Positions 9,192-18,918 of a stretch of DNA of 64,000 bases are shown here, piece by piece; the stretch's first letter is position 1; each line of letters starts with the position of its first letter. Origin of the DNA: Clostridia bacterium (GTDB taxonomy: Bacteria; Bacillota; DSM-521; Neomoorellales; JACIYF01). The position numbers and the translations under genes were made by a program. The DNA lies in assembly GCA_014360065.1 (NCBI GenBank), contig JACIYF010000003.1, forward strand, positions 1,567 to 65,566, in the 5' to 3' direction. A model generated the notes under the pieces. The model made no database searches and was not told the DNA's origin. It worked only from the letters and a program-made list of their open reading frames with translations.

Positions 9192-9755
9192 TCACCTTTG
9201 CCGCAGAGAAGTGATTCGATAGCTGAGTTGAGCTTGCATGGCCTGCTGGAGGAAATAGATGAGGCCAGCCAGCATCAGCAAATCGCCTAAGCTGCTCCTC
9301 TTGGGAACTGGAAAAGGCACGAGGATAACATCCGCCAGCCATTTTAGCTTGGTCTGGTCCGAAATCAACCCGTGGGCCACTACCTGCCCGCTGGTCAGCT
9401 CATGGACCAAATTTGCTCCCAGGCCAGTTGCGTCTACTGGCATAATCCCTCCATTGGCGGCAATTACAGCCAGGTTCATCAGCGCCCCCAGGGCCAACAA
9501 CCAAAAGCCTGGCAGGCGGTAGTTGGCAACCAGAAAGAGCACTAAGAGAGCGTACACGGCCCCATAGAGCCATAGCTGAGCTCCCCGGACCCAATCCCAC
9601 CCCCAGGCCGGACCCCAGTCCAGCACTACCCTTACTAGTAAAGCCAATAGCGCTATCCAGATGGCAGCGACATCAATTGAAGCTAAGCGCCTCAAGCTAC
9701 CCTTGCGTAACCAACCAATGATTAGTCCTAGCCCGATGGCTACTAAAATGATCAA
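9192..9755 (-). CDS. DUF5317-like integral membrane protein (partner of the HD-GYP protein)
   Basis: 187 aa with about 5 TM segments and N-terminus MIILVAIGLGLIIGWLRKGSL. It lies directly downstream of an HD-GYP gene, as is usual for this family. Confidence 0.55.
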   Translation of the reverse strand: MIILVAIGLGLIIGWLRKGSLRRLASIDVAAIWIALLALLVRVVLDWGPAWGWDWVRGAQLWLYGAVYALLVLFLVANYRLPGFWLLALGALMNLAVIAANGGIMPVDATGLGANLVHELTSGQVVAHGLISDQTKLKWLADVILVPFPVPKRSSLGDLLMLAGLIYFLQQAMQAQLSYRITSLRQR

Positions 9756-9924
9756 ATGGCCGTCTCCTCCGTAAAAACATTCATTTCCCTCGTTATACGC
9801 CTTTGCCGGCCGCTTCCCCTCTCCAGCCCAGGTGATACTACCTTAGCCGCTCCGTCCAGCACTCAATCCTTGGGTCGTGGGACTTGGCAGGGCATTGGTT
9901 ATCGAGTCGGGACCAGGCCTACTC

Positions 9925-11241
9925 CTAGGTGGCATGGGAAGGAGCAGGCGCAGAAATCCCACCCGTAGAGGAGCTAATCTTACCCGCCACCTGGTGGTCA
10001 AATCCCAGGCGGTCATAAGCACGAATGAAGGCTTGCACCAGCGTGGGGTCGAGCTGGGTTCCAGCGCTAGCTTTGAGCTCCTCTAGGGCGGCCAACGGGC
10101 TCATGGCAGCCCGGTAGGGGCGATTAGAAGTCATGGCATCGAAGGCATCGCAAACAGCAATGATGCGTGACCCTAAAGGAATGGCCTCGCCGCTCAAACC
10201 GTGGGGATAGCCACCTCCATTCCAGTGTTCATGGTGGTAAAGCACGATTCGATAGGCGTCCTTAAAGAAACGCAGTTTCTTGGTAATTTCTGCCCCGACC
10301 GTAGTGTGGAGCTGGACCTCATTCATTTCCTTCTTGTCCAGCCTGCCCGCCTTATTGAGCACCCCGTCGCGAACTGCAATCTTGCCGATATCGTGGAGCA
10401 AAGCCACGTACCGCAATTGCTCCAACTCCTGATCGGGAAGATTGATCTCCTGAGCCAAGGCCACCGCATACCGTGCCACCCGCTCCGAATGGCCGTAGGT
10501 GTACGGATCCTTAGCATCCATGGCGGCGCTAAGGGTTTCAATGGTGTCCAGGTAATTCTGGCGCATATCTCGGTAAAGTTGAAAGGCATGACGGGCTAGA
10601 AGCAGCGGTATAGACAAGAGCAAGACCCCCGCCGCCCCCATGCTTATATAAACAGTAGCCAGCAAAACCCCTAGCGGAGCCAAACCTATGTAGTTGGGCA
10701 CCGCCCAGCGAATGTTGGCGCTCAAGATCCGGTGGATGCGGTCACCGCTGGTCAGGGATATGATTACTATTACCGCCCCAGTGTTAATGACCAGACTTAC
10801 TAGCACCGCTCCTATCAATGGCATCCAAGGAAATGGGCTTAAAACCGAGGCCTGTCCTCCTAGGCTTTCAAAGGCCAGCCCGCCCAAGCCGGCCGCCAAA
10901 GAAAGTTGGCCTAGGTTAAACAAATACTTATACCAAGGGATCTTGATTCCGAAGTTCTTGATGCTTAAGGCATCCGAAGCAACCACAAGTAGGGTGGCGG
11001 GGGCTGCGCCCCAGAGAATTAGAGCGGCAACGTAGAGGCTAAAGCCAACGGTTACAACTCCGCCCTGCGGCAGTTCGACCGGCAACGAATCCGCTACTAC
11101 CAGCAAGATGAAGAACAGCAATAACTCCTTCCAGTCAAAACCCCCCAACCAGACTTCCCGGGCCAGATAGGTCAGAAGGGCTACCCCGGCTATGGTTATT
11201 GCTGCTATATAAATTCTAGCCTGCCGCGGTAGTTCGCCCAC
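9925..11241 (-). CDS. Membrane-anchored HD-GYP domain protein (putative c-di-GMP phosphodiesterase)
   Basis: The N-terminal half has about 6 TM segments. The C-terminus carries HSERVA, HDIGKIAV and HHEHWNGGGYP motifs. It uses a GTG start. Confidence 0.85.
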   Translation of the reverse strand: MGELPRQARIYIAAITIAGVALLTYLAREVWLGGFDWKELLLFFILLVVADSLPVELPQGGVVTVGFSLYVAALILWGAAPATLLVVASDALSIKNFGIKIPWYKYLFNLGQLSLAAGLGGLAFESLGGQASVLSPFPWMPLIGAVLVSLVINTGAVIVIISLTSGDRIHRILSANIRWAVPNYIGLAPLGVLLATVYISMGAAGVLLLSIPLLLARHAFQLYRDMRQNYLDTIETLSAAMDAKDPYTYGHSERVARYAVALAQEINLPDQELEQLRYVALLHDIGKIAVRDGVLNKAGRLDKKEMNEVQLHTTVGAEITKKLRFFKDAYRIVLYHHEHWNGGGYPHGLSGEAIPLGSRIIAVCDAFDAMTSNRPYRAAMSPLAALEELKASAGTQLDPTLVQAFIRAYDRLGFDHQVAGKISSSTGGISAPAPSHAT

Positions 11242-11361
11242 AAGTCATTTCTCCCCGGAGTTATCTGATCTCCAGCAGTAGCTGGCAACCCTAATTCCCA
11301 CTGACTGTGTTAGTATCGGAAGCAGGCGAATGCAAGGTGAGGCTACGCTTTTATCTTCGGC

Positions 11362-11445
11362 TTAGGGATACCACTTGAAGAAGGCGCCGCCAGCTAGTAC
11401 CAGCGTGACCAAAGCGGTGAGGATCTTCAGGATGCGCATCTTCAT
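11362..11445 (-). CDS. Candidate 27-aa single-TM micropeptide
   Basis: GAAGGAG lies 8 nt before the ATG. The product is MKMRILKILTALVTLVLAGGAFFKWYP. It is unlisted because of its size. Confidence 0.3.
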   Translation of the reverse strand: MKMRILKILTALVTLVLAGGAFFKWYP

Positions 11446-11603
11446 CCTGTTCACTCCTTCATCTTAAGCTCCGGCCTTTCGGCCGGGCATCGCTCCGCTT
11501 TGAGGTCCGCTCCGCTCTTTTCCGCTTCGCTAGGTAGCACTCCCGACCCCCGCATCCGCCCCCATCCGATACTTGCCGATCAAAACTCTTCAGCTAGAGG
11601 CAA

Positions 11604-12323
11604 CTAACCCCCCTTCTGCAAAAGCGCTAACCTGCGATTGAGAGCTGCCAGTGTGGCCCGACCAGCTGCCTCCCGGTCATCGCCGTGGCTAAAAGCAGCT
11701 CCAAGCAAGGTCTCCACATCCCGGCCGGACACCCTACCAATGCAGACCAGTATAACTTCTTGTTTGGCTAGTACCAACTTGGCAATATCTTCGATAACAA
11801 ATTGGCCGGGGTCCTCGAGATAGGCTTCCACCGCCTCCAAGGTAGCTACGGCTGCCAACCGCATCTGGTTGCGGGGCGTGCTAAGACCCGCAACCTGGCC
11901 CTGGTATACGTGTCCCCCCAGGGCTATTTCCACCCGAATCTCGGCCGAGGTGCCGCTCACGGTCAAGGTCATGCCCACCCAGCGCGGGCGAATGATAGGC
12001 AAGGGGTGGACCGCATCTGGCTCTTCCCCTTGAACCCTGGCCACGCTAATCTTACGATGGTCAACTTCCACCCCTAGGCGGGCCATAAGCGTCGATTCAA
12101 TATCTCGAGCTATTTGCTTGGGATTAACGCCCGATTCGGCCACCGCATGGATCTCGGCAATCTCGCCCCGGAGATCAGTTTTGACTCTAGCAGCAATAAT
12201 GCCCTTAATTTCTCGGATCACTTCCTCATACACCTGTGGTCCAGGTCCAAGGCGTTGCGGCTGCTTGACCTCATCCAAAAGCGCTTTTCCCTCCCGCACC
12301 AGTGTTGGCCTAGTATTCGACAT
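11604..12323 (-). CDS. Hypothetical protein (~239 aa), family not recognised
   Basis: The ORF is long with good codon usage. I prefer ATG 12323 (MSNTRPTLV, GAGGAAAAG upstream) over the AT-rich 12377 start. It sits upstream of hpf. Confidence 0.5.
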   Translation of the reverse strand: MSNTRPTLVREGKALLDEVKQPQRLGPGPQVYEEVIREIKGIIAARVKTDLRGEIAEIHAVAESGVNPKQIARDIESTLMARLGVEVDHRKISVARVQGEEPDAVHPLPIIRPRWVGMTLTVSGTSAEIRVEIALGGHVYQGQVAGLSTPRNQMRLAAVATLEAVEAYLEDPGQFVIEDIAKLVLAKQEVILVCIGRVSGRDVETLLGAAFSHGDDREAAGRATLAALNRRLALLQKGG

Positions 12324-12479
12324 AGATCCTAACTTTTCCTCTAAATCCAAAGCTAATCCAATAAAATTAACAAACAAATAAGCCGAGCCACTTATGCAAG
12401 CCGCTCGGTTGACTGCTTACATAAGTGGTCGGCTTATAATCGCAATCTGGTCGATCCGGCCTTTGAGGTCAGGCCTGGA

Positions 12480-13019
12480 CTATTCGGGCTCGATCAATCC
12501 GTAGTTGCCGTCCCTCCGGCGGTAAACCACGTTGATCTCATCAGTTTCGGCGTTGGCAAAAACAAAGAAGCTATGCCCAACCAGATTCATTTGCATGATT
12601 GCTTCTTCTACCGACATGGGTTTGAGGGGAAACTTCTTGGTACGGACAATTTTTCTCTGTTGCTCTTCCGCCTCCGCCTCGCCCAAAGCCAAGTTATTGG
12701 CGTTGACCAGATTTTTAAGGCCTTGCTCCCGCACCCGCTTGGCCAGTTTAGTCTTGTGTTTCTCTATCTGTTTCTCTAGCTTCTCCAATACCAGATCGAT
12801 CGAGGAGTACATATCCCCCGTCTCTTCTTCGCCTCGCAAGATCAAGCCGTTCAGAGGAATCGTCACTTCGGCCACGTGGCGATCGCCCTCAACTGAGAAG
12901 ACTACCTGCACCTGGTCTAGAGAGCCAAGGTAGCGCTCCAGTTTTCCCAGGCGCTTGGCCGCGTAATCCCGAAGCGCATCAGTGACGGGTACGTTCTTGC
13001 CACGTGTAATCAGCTCCAC
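12480..13019 (-). CDS. hpf: Ribosome hibernation-promoting factor, long form
   Basis: N-terminal MELITRGKNVPVTDALRDYAAKRLGKLERY and C-terminal dimerisation domain KPMSVEEAIMQMNLVGHSFFVF...VVYRRRDGNYGLIEP are both present. Confidence 0.9.
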   Translation of the reverse strand: MELITRGKNVPVTDALRDYAAKRLGKLERYLGSLDQVQVVFSVEGDRHVAEVTIPLNGLILRGEEETGDMYSSIDLVLEKLEKQIEKHKTKLAKRVREQGLKNLVNANNLALGEAEAEEQQRKIVRTKKFPLKPMSVEEAIMQMNLVGHSFFVFANAETDEINVVYRRRDGNYGLIEPE

Positions 13020-13144
13020 TATGTACCTTCTCCTTTCCCTTGTGTTACCCCACCGGAAGCTGCTGTTATTGCTTCCAAACTGGATATATTATTCCCTTTA
13101 TTTGGGTAGAATCCTTCAGTCCTTTCCCTTGGTTGCCATATACT

Positions 13145-13172
13145 AGAAGCCCCGGTGCCTAGCACCGGGGCG
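13145..13172 (-). terminator. Hairpin downstream of the cold-shock gene
   Basis: CCCCGGTGC-TAG-GCACCGGGG (13150-13170) lies 30 nt after the csp stop. The U-tract is poor (CUUCU). Confidence 0.45.
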
Positions 13173-13199
13173 ATTTGGCTAACTTCGGATCGGCTCGCG

Positions 13200-13397
13200 T
13201 TAAAGCCTTACTACGTTAGCAGCCTGTGGGCCTCGCGGACCTTCGACAATATCGAACTCCACTTCCTGGCCTTCGTCTAGGGTCTTAAACCCCTCACCTT
13301 GGATGGCAGAGAAGTGAACAAACACGTCACTACCGTCATCCTTGGTAATAAACCCATAACCCTTCTTTTCGTTGAACCATTTGACCTTGCCGTGCAT
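13200..13397 (-). CDS. CspA-family cold-shock protein
   Basis: [17 protein letters not shown]...DVFVHFSAI contains the RNP1 and RNP2 motifs. Length is 65 aa. Confidence 0.95.
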   Translation of the reverse strand: MHGKVKWFNEKKGYGFITKDDGSDVFVHFSAIQGEGFKTLDEGQEVEFDIVEGPRGPQAANVVRL

Positions 13398-13458
13398 GTT
13401 GAAGCATTCCTCCTAAACTTAACTCCCTCGGCCTTTAATCTGGCCCGCGAGTGACTTC

Positions 13459-13487
13459 ATTATAACCCTAGCTACAGATACTGTCAA
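13459..13487 (-). promoter_or_regulatory. Consensus sigma-A promoter of the cold-shock gene
   Basis: On the minus strand, TTGACA is followed by 17 nt and then TATAAT (both perfect). It lies about 60 nt upstream of the ATG, leaving a 5' UTR. Confidence 0.7.
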
Positions 13488-13558
13488 ACTTTTAGAACCA
13501 CTTGTGTAAATTTCCAGCCGGGTCGCTGGTCCTCGCTGGAAATCCCATGCTGAGCCAC

Positions 13559-16066
13559 CTAAAGCTCCATCTCGGCCTGCGATGACTGGGAAAGCGGCAG
13601 GGCACAAAGCAAATATTTCCGGGCCAGCCCCTTCGCTCCCACCGACGCTAAAACATCGGCTATTCGCAGGTAATCTTGGCCCCGGCGAGGCGAGATCAGG
13701 AGCTCTAATTCATCAGCCACCGCCTGCTCGCCGCCAGTCGCTTTTACAACCCGAGCCAGAGAATAAAGCGGCGGCAGCCAAACCGGGTTGGACTTTAGCG
13801 CTTCCCGAAACGCCCGGGCAGCCTCCTCTTTGTGGCCCAAGCGCTCCCAGGCCAACCCCAGCCCGTGCCAGGCCCGAAAAGTGCCAACCCCATTGACCCC
13901 GCTATAGTGGGCGGAAGCGTCTCCCCATTGCAAACATGACTGATAGGCAAGGGCTGCTAGTTCCCATCTTCCTTGCTTAGCCAAAATCTCGGCCTTCAGG
14001 AACAACAGGTCGGTGAAGCCGGGAAACTGCTTCAAAGCGTTGTCGATCCAGGACAGGGCTGGTTCCAGCTGGCCCAGCTCCATCAAGCAGATGGCCCGCT
14101 TATAAGCTACGTCCGAGGCGTACCCAACCGCCTGCTCTAGCCGGAGATTGCTTAGCTGCTTTAAGGCCTCTTGGTATTTGCCCTCCTGGAAGTCTTCCAC
14201 TGCCAACGCATACTGCCAGTAAGGGTTGGCTGGGTCCTGCCTTCGGGCTCGCTCGAGCAGCCGGCGGTTGCGAGCACTCTTCTTTTTCGCCCCTACCCGC
14301 GGATCCAAATAGCCATAATGAAGGATAGTCACATTAGTAAAGCGAATGCTGTCAGGTCCAGCTTGCTCCCGGATGGAGTCAATTACCTGCTCGTGAATTA
14401 TGCCTCTAAACCTATACTCGGGCCGGCGCCGGAACAGCCGGCAGACATTGTCGGTCACAAAATCAGGTCCCACCGTTGATCCGTAGTAGTTGGCTATGCG
14501 TAGGCAATAAGCCTCCACGTCCTGGCGCCAAAGTAGCCGTCGCAGGACTGGGATATCCCTGGCTTGCAATTCCTCATCGGCATCCAATACCAAGACCCAG
14601 TCGCCTCGGGCCTGCTCCAAGGCATAATTGCGAGCACGAGCGAAGTCCTCGGGCCACGGCAAGGAAAAAACCCGGGCTCCCGCCTGTTTGGCCACCGCAA
14701 TAGTTCCATCCCTGGAACCAGTATCGACTACCACAATGTCGTCCACCGCCTGGACAGCGCTGGCCAGACACCGCCCCAGGCTTTCCTCTTCATCGCGGAC
14801 GATCAGGCACAGGCTGAGGGTAGGACGAGGAGAGGTCAATGTCTCCACCGCCTGGCGTAGCACTTTAAGCTCAGGCCACCGGCGGGCTAAACCACGGCTT
14901 TCCTCAACCCACCGGTCAAGCCGGTAGCGTATCAGTCTGATCCAACCCTCCTCAACCCATGGCGTCGCCTTAAGCTGCGGCAGTATTTTCGGCAAGGCAC
15001 AAAAGGCTTCGTCCTCCCCTCCTTCCCCCAATTGCAGTACCCGAAGAAGAGCTTGAGCTGCCGCTTCCAGTTCCCCCAATTGGCAACAGACTCTGGCTAA
15101 AGCAATCAAGGCTCTCCAGCTACCTACCCCCTTTTCGCTGGTAAACCAAGGCGGAGCATCCCCCATGGCCAGGCAGCGCTCCAAAGCCTCCTTTGCTGCG
15201 TCCAGCTGCCCCAGAGCGCCTAGGATTAACCCCTCCTGAAAGGGTAGGTCAGTATAGGCAGGAAACTTGGCCTCGGCCTCCCGGCAAGCCGAGAGTGCCT
15301 CTTCTAAACGGCCCAAAGCCATCAAGCAATCAATGCGCCTCTTCTCCAGCAACGAGGCAAAGCTCCAGGCCGGATCCAGGTTTTGGCGTGCCTTTTCATA
15401 GCTGGCCAGGGCTTCTGTCAGCTCACCAGCCCGCTGCCGTTCCACTCCCAGGTTGAAGAGGACAAAGGGATCATGCGGCCGCTCAGCTAATTCCAACTGT
15501 AATAGGCGGAGATTGCGGCGAATCTTGTCTCCGCTAGCCACTTGGGCGGCCAGGTAGCCAAAATGTTTCACTCGCACCCCAGCTATTTCGATGCACCCTT
15601 GGTTAGCAGCCACAATGCTGGGCAGGATCTGCTCGTGAACCCGGCCCTGCCAGCGGTACTGGGGTCGCCTCCGAAAAAGGCGCAAAGCTGGGCTTACCAC
15701 TTGCCGGCCCCGGTCATCGATCAGGCTATGGATTACAAGAAAGTAGGCCTCTACTCCCGGCCGGGATAGCAACTCCTTAAGGAGAGGAGCATCCTCAGGA
15801 AAGAGAGTCTCATCGGTATCAAGAAATAGGACCCATTGTCCACCCGCCTTGGAGAGAGCAAAGTTGCGAGCAGCGGCAAAGTCGTCCCGCCATTGGTAGC
15901 GATAAACGCGCGCCCCCAACCGCTTGGCCACCTCTTCGGTAGCATCGTTAGAACCGGTATCCACTACCACTATCTCATCCGCCACTGCTTTCGCACCAGC
16001 CAGACAAGCCTCAAGGCTTGGGGCCGCATCCTTGGCAATAACGCAAAAACTTAAGCTGGGCGGCAT
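13559..16066 (-). CDS. Tandem double module glycosyltransferase: (GT2 domain + TPR repeats) x2, 835 aa
   Basis: There are two GT-A/GT2 cores (SFCVIAKDAA..VVDTGSNDAT..DTDE and SLCLIVRDEE..VVDTGSRDGT..DADE), each followed by TPR-like helical repeats. Its start overlaps the upstream stop as TAATG. Confidence 0.8.
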   Translation of the reverse strand: MPPSLSFCVIAKDAAPSLEACLAGAKAVADEIVVVDTGSNDATEEVAKRLGARVYRYQWRDDFAAARNFALSKAGGQWVLFLDTDETLFPEDAPLLKELLSRPGVEAYFLVIHSLIDDRGRQVVSPALRLFRRRPQYRWQGRVHEQILPSIVAANQGCIEIAGVRVKHFGYLAAQVASGDKIRRNLRLLQLELAERPHDPFVLFNLGVERQRAGELTEALASYEKARQNLDPAWSFASLLEKRRIDCLMALGRLEEALSACREAEAKFPAYTDLPFQEGLILGALGQLDAAKEALERCLAMGDAPPWFTSEKGVGSWRALIALARVCCQLGELEAAAQALLRVLQLGEGGEDEAFCALPKILPQLKATPWVEEGWIRLIRYRLDRWVEESRGLARRWPELKVLRQAVETLTSPRPTLSLCLIVRDEEESLGRCLASAVQAVDDIVVVDTGSRDGTIAVAKQAGARVFSLPWPEDFARARNYALEQARGDWVLVLDADEELQARDIPVLRRLLWRQDVEAYCLRIANYYGSTVGPDFVTDNVCRLFRRRPEYRFRGIIHEQVIDSIREQAGPDSIRFTNVTILHYGYLDPRVGAKKKSARNRRLLERARRQDPANPYWQYALAVEDFQEGKYQEALKQLSNLRLEQAVGYASDVAYKRAICLMELGQLEPALSWIDNALKQFPGFTDLLFLKAEILAKQGRWELAALAYQSCLQWGDASAHYSGVNGVGTFRAWHGLGLAWERLGHKEEAARAFREALKSNPVWLPPLYSLARVVKATGGEQAVADELELLISPRRGQDYLRIADVLASVGAKGLARKYLLCALPLSQSSQAEMEL

Positions 16067-18081
16067 TAGGAATCACCTCGAGATAGGCGCTCCAGGCTCA
16101 CATCAATTGCCTCTTTCAGCGCCGCCAGCCGCAAGCTTTCGGGGAACTGGCGTTCCCCGTCTGCTAACCAAGCCGCGGCCTCCCGTAACCGGGCTTCTAC
16201 CAAGAGAAGGCTATTCCTGGGGGTGGGATTGAGCTCCGCTGCTTGTTGGTAGAAGATGGCTGCCTCTCGGTGGAGTCCTTTAGCTGTGCAGATTCTACCC
16301 ATGGCCAAGCACATCATTTCATCAGCTACTTTGGCTTCCAGCGCCTTGAGGTAAAAGTCGGCCGCCTCCGCTACCCACCCATGGCGGTAATAAAGGTGGC
16401 CCAAGCGAAGATAGTCCGCCCCACCCTCTAAAGCCGTGACTATCCGCAGGGCCAAATCCACGTGGCGACGGGAATGAGTCTCCAAGAGCCGCCCCAGAAG
16501 ATTCCAGGCTTCCCCTCTCTGTTCAACATCCCCGGGCTTGAGCTGGGGCGGAACGGAATCCGCCTCACCCCCCAAACAATAGGAGTAGGCTTGCCAGACA
16601 TCAGCAACCGCCTCCGTGGCCAGGGATGCTAAGCGCCGCAACAATGAATTCATGAGGCGCCAGCGCTCGCCAAGCGAGGCTGCCAGGATAGCTAGTTTTA
16701 GGGCTTCAGAATGGGAAGGACTGGGGAGCCATGCCTTTAGCGCCATGCGCAAAGCTTCTTTCCAATGCCCAATTTGCATCAGGCCCCGAGACTTCAACAG
16801 ATGCCAATCCTGGACCCCGCCTTCTTCCCAAGCTGGATCTTCGGGAGCAGGAAGGAACATTAACGCCGCTTGGCCTTCTCCGGCATCCAATAGCGCCTGA
16901 ACCAGGCTCTTTTGTCCGCTATGAACGCCAGGAGATGTCAGCTGCCGAACCGCTTCCGCCAGCTTCGCTCCCCCCAACCCCCGGCCGCGTAGCTCGCTTA
17001 TAAGGCCACTCCACGCTCCCCCGTGCTCGGGCATCAATTCCAAGGCCTTTAGAAAGCATTGGGCTGCCTTTCGTCCCTGACCCAGCTCCCCATAAATCTG
17101 CCCAAGCATCGCTAGAGCAAGGGGACCGTTTACCCCCACCGTGCTCACATAGCGACGAGGAGGATCGGCCATTTGGCAACAATGCTCCAGGATCTGAATT
17201 GCCTCCCGGTAGCGGCGCAGGCACCTTAGGGCCAAGGCCCGCAGGTAAAAAAGCTCCGGATAGTCGGGAAAGCGTTGGCACTCTTTCTCGAGAACGCTCA
17301 GGGCTTGCTGTGCGTCACCAGCATCCAAGAGGGCGATGGCCAGGTGACGCACCAAGGTGGGATAAAAATTGGTCTCACGGGGTAGCCGGTGGTAGAGCGG
17401 CCAAAACAGCTCCAGGGCCCCCTTGACATCCCGCTCTTGATAGCGAGTGATCCCCAAGTGATAACGCAAGAAGACGTCATTGGGGGTACAAGCCAGCGCT
17501 GCCTCCAGAATGACTCGGTTCCGAGCTGCTTTAGCCGCATTCTGTGCTTGTAGATACCCGTGGTGGCGGACGACTACCTCAGCTTCCAGGATGCGGGCTT
17601 GAGGGCGCGCCGACAGAATTGACGGCAGTATTTGTTCGTGGATAGCCCCAACAAAGGCATATTCAGGCCGGCGCCGGAAGAGACGCAGGTTGAGGTGGCG
17701 TAACACCTGAGCCCCTGGCAGATCAGTAGTAGGGCTTTCCACCTGAAAAAGGTAACCCTCCACCTGGTCCTCAGCTTCCAGCAAGCTGGGTATCAGCTCT
17801 TTTCCACCGGCCAATTCCTCATCGGCATCCAAGATCAGCGCCCAGTCGCCGGTAGCTCGGGATAGGGAGACATTGCGGGCCCGGCTAAAATTTTCCTGCC
17901 ACGGGTCGTGGTAGACCAAGGCTCCCAACTGCTGGGCCAACTCCGGGGTACCGTCATGGGAGCCCGTATCAACTACGATGACCTCATCCACCAGACCTCG
18001 GGTGCTTTCCAAGCAACGCTTCAAGCGGGGAGCTTCGTTCTTTACGATCATACAAAGACTTAGGGTTGGCCGTCCTGGCAT
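16066..18081 (-). CDS. GT2 glycosyltransferase with long C-terminal TPR-repeat region, 671 aa
   Basis: SLCMIVKNEAPRL..VVDTGSHDGT..FSRARN..ILDADEEL forms the GT2 core. The remainder is a TPR-like region. Confidence 0.8.
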   Translation of the reverse strand: MPGRPTLSLCMIVKNEAPRLKRCLESTRGLVDEVIVVDTGSHDGTPELAQQLGALVYHDPWQENFSRARNVSLSRATGDWALILDADEELAGGKELIPSLLEAEDQVEGYLFQVESPTTDLPGAQVLRHLNLRLFRRRPEYAFVGAIHEQILPSILSARPQARILEAEVVVRHHGYLQAQNAAKAARNRVILEAALACTPNDVFLRYHLGITRYQERDVKGALELFWPLYHRLPRETNFYPTLVRHLAIALLDAGDAQQALSVLEKECQRFPDYPELFYLRALALRCLRRYREAIQILEHCCQMADPPRRYVSTVGVNGPLALAMLGQIYGELGQGRKAAQCFLKALELMPEHGGAWSGLISELRGRGLGGAKLAEAVRQLTSPGVHSGQKSLVQALLDAGEGQAALMFLPAPEDPAWEEGGVQDWHLLKSRGLMQIGHWKEALRMALKAWLPSPSHSEALKLAILAASLGERWRLMNSLLRRLASLATEAVADVWQAYSYCLGGEADSVPPQLKPGDVEQRGEAWNLLGRLLETHSRRHVDLALRIVTALEGGADYLRLGHLYYRHGWVAEAADFYLKALEAKVADEMMCLAMGRICTAKGLHREAAIFYQQAAELNPTPRNSLLLVEARLREAAAWLADGERQFPESLRLAALKEAIDVSLERLSRGDS

Positions 18082-18119
18082 ACCCTACCACCTTCTTCTT
18101 AAAGCTAAACCCCTCGCGC

Positions 18120-18818
18120 CTAGACTTGCGCGTTGTAGAAGATGTCCAGCGTAGTGGCGGCCGGAGCAGCATAGGCAATCCGGGTATACTTCATGAACAC
18201 CCGGGCCACATAGGCTTCGATGGTGCCAGCCGCCAGGGTCTGAGCTGCGGTATCGATATACCAAATATTGGCATCCGGACTGGCTTCAATGCGGATGGTA
18301 GCATCCTGGGTGCCGCTGTTATAAACGGCAAAGGTGTATTTGCTCATTTGCGACGTGTCTTGAGCTGGCACAAATGAGTAGTCAGTGCTGGTGGCAACGT
18401 TGAGCCAACTCAACTCGGTAAAGGCCCGAGCCTGCAGATTGGTCTGCAGGTTGTTGTTGGCATCCTGGGCCAGCGGCGAATCGGCCGAACCATATACCCG
18501 TACGTGGTCAGAAAGAGTCAGGTCCCGGATGTCTAGATTGCTAGCGGTTACGCTTACGACATCAGAAATGCTGGCCACCTGGAGCAGGCCGTCGCTGGTC
18601 TGCGCCAAGGCCGCGCCTTGATTGCCATAAACCATTACATGATCAGTAAGGGTCAGGGCCCGGATGTCTAGGCTGGTAGCAACGACGGTAACCGCTTCCG
18701 AAATGCTGGCAATTTGCAGAAGCCCGTCGGTAGTCTGGGCTAAGGCAGCTCCTTGGTTGCCAAAGATTTGGGTGCGTAGCTTTTCCGGCTCGATGTTGAA
18801 CACAACATTGTTAGGCAT
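18120..18818 (-). CDS. Repeat-containing protein, paralog of the upstream gene (shared C-terminal ~110-aa domain; possibly the family annotated DUF6385)
   Basis: GGAGGG lies before ATG 18818 (MPNNVVF). There are two 45-aa tandem repeats (GNQGAALAQT.DGLLQ.ASIS..V.V.A..LDIR.LTL.DHV.VY). The C-terminus YTFAVYNSGTQDATIRIEASPDANIWY...FMKYTRIAY parallels the neighbour. Confidence 0.6.
   Translation of the reverse strand: MPNNVVFNIEPEKLRTQIFGNQGAALAQTTDGLLQIASISEAVTVVATSLDIRALTLTDHVMVYGNQGAALAQTSDGLLQVASISDVVSVTASNLDIRDLTLSDHVRVYGSADSPLAQDANNNLQTNLQARAFTELSWLNVATSTDYSFVPAQDTSQMSKYTFAVYNSGTQDATIRIEASPDANIWYIDTAAQTLAAGTIEAYVARVFMKYTRIAYAAPAATTLDIFYNAQV
18492..18761 (-). repeat. 135-bp tandem coding repeat (2 copies) inside the 232-aa protein
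   Basis: Residues 20-64 and 65-109 are about 80% identical by eye. The DNA repeat is visible as recurring ...gccaaggc.gc.ccttg.ttgcc... blocks. Confidence 0.7.
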
Positions 18819-18918
18819 TTTGCTTCTCCCTCCTTTCTGGTTGGCCTTTCCTTGTATCCCGTTCTCTATCCAGGTTATGAAAGAAATAGAAGCGAGGTGC
18901 TTATCCAACTGCAAAGAT

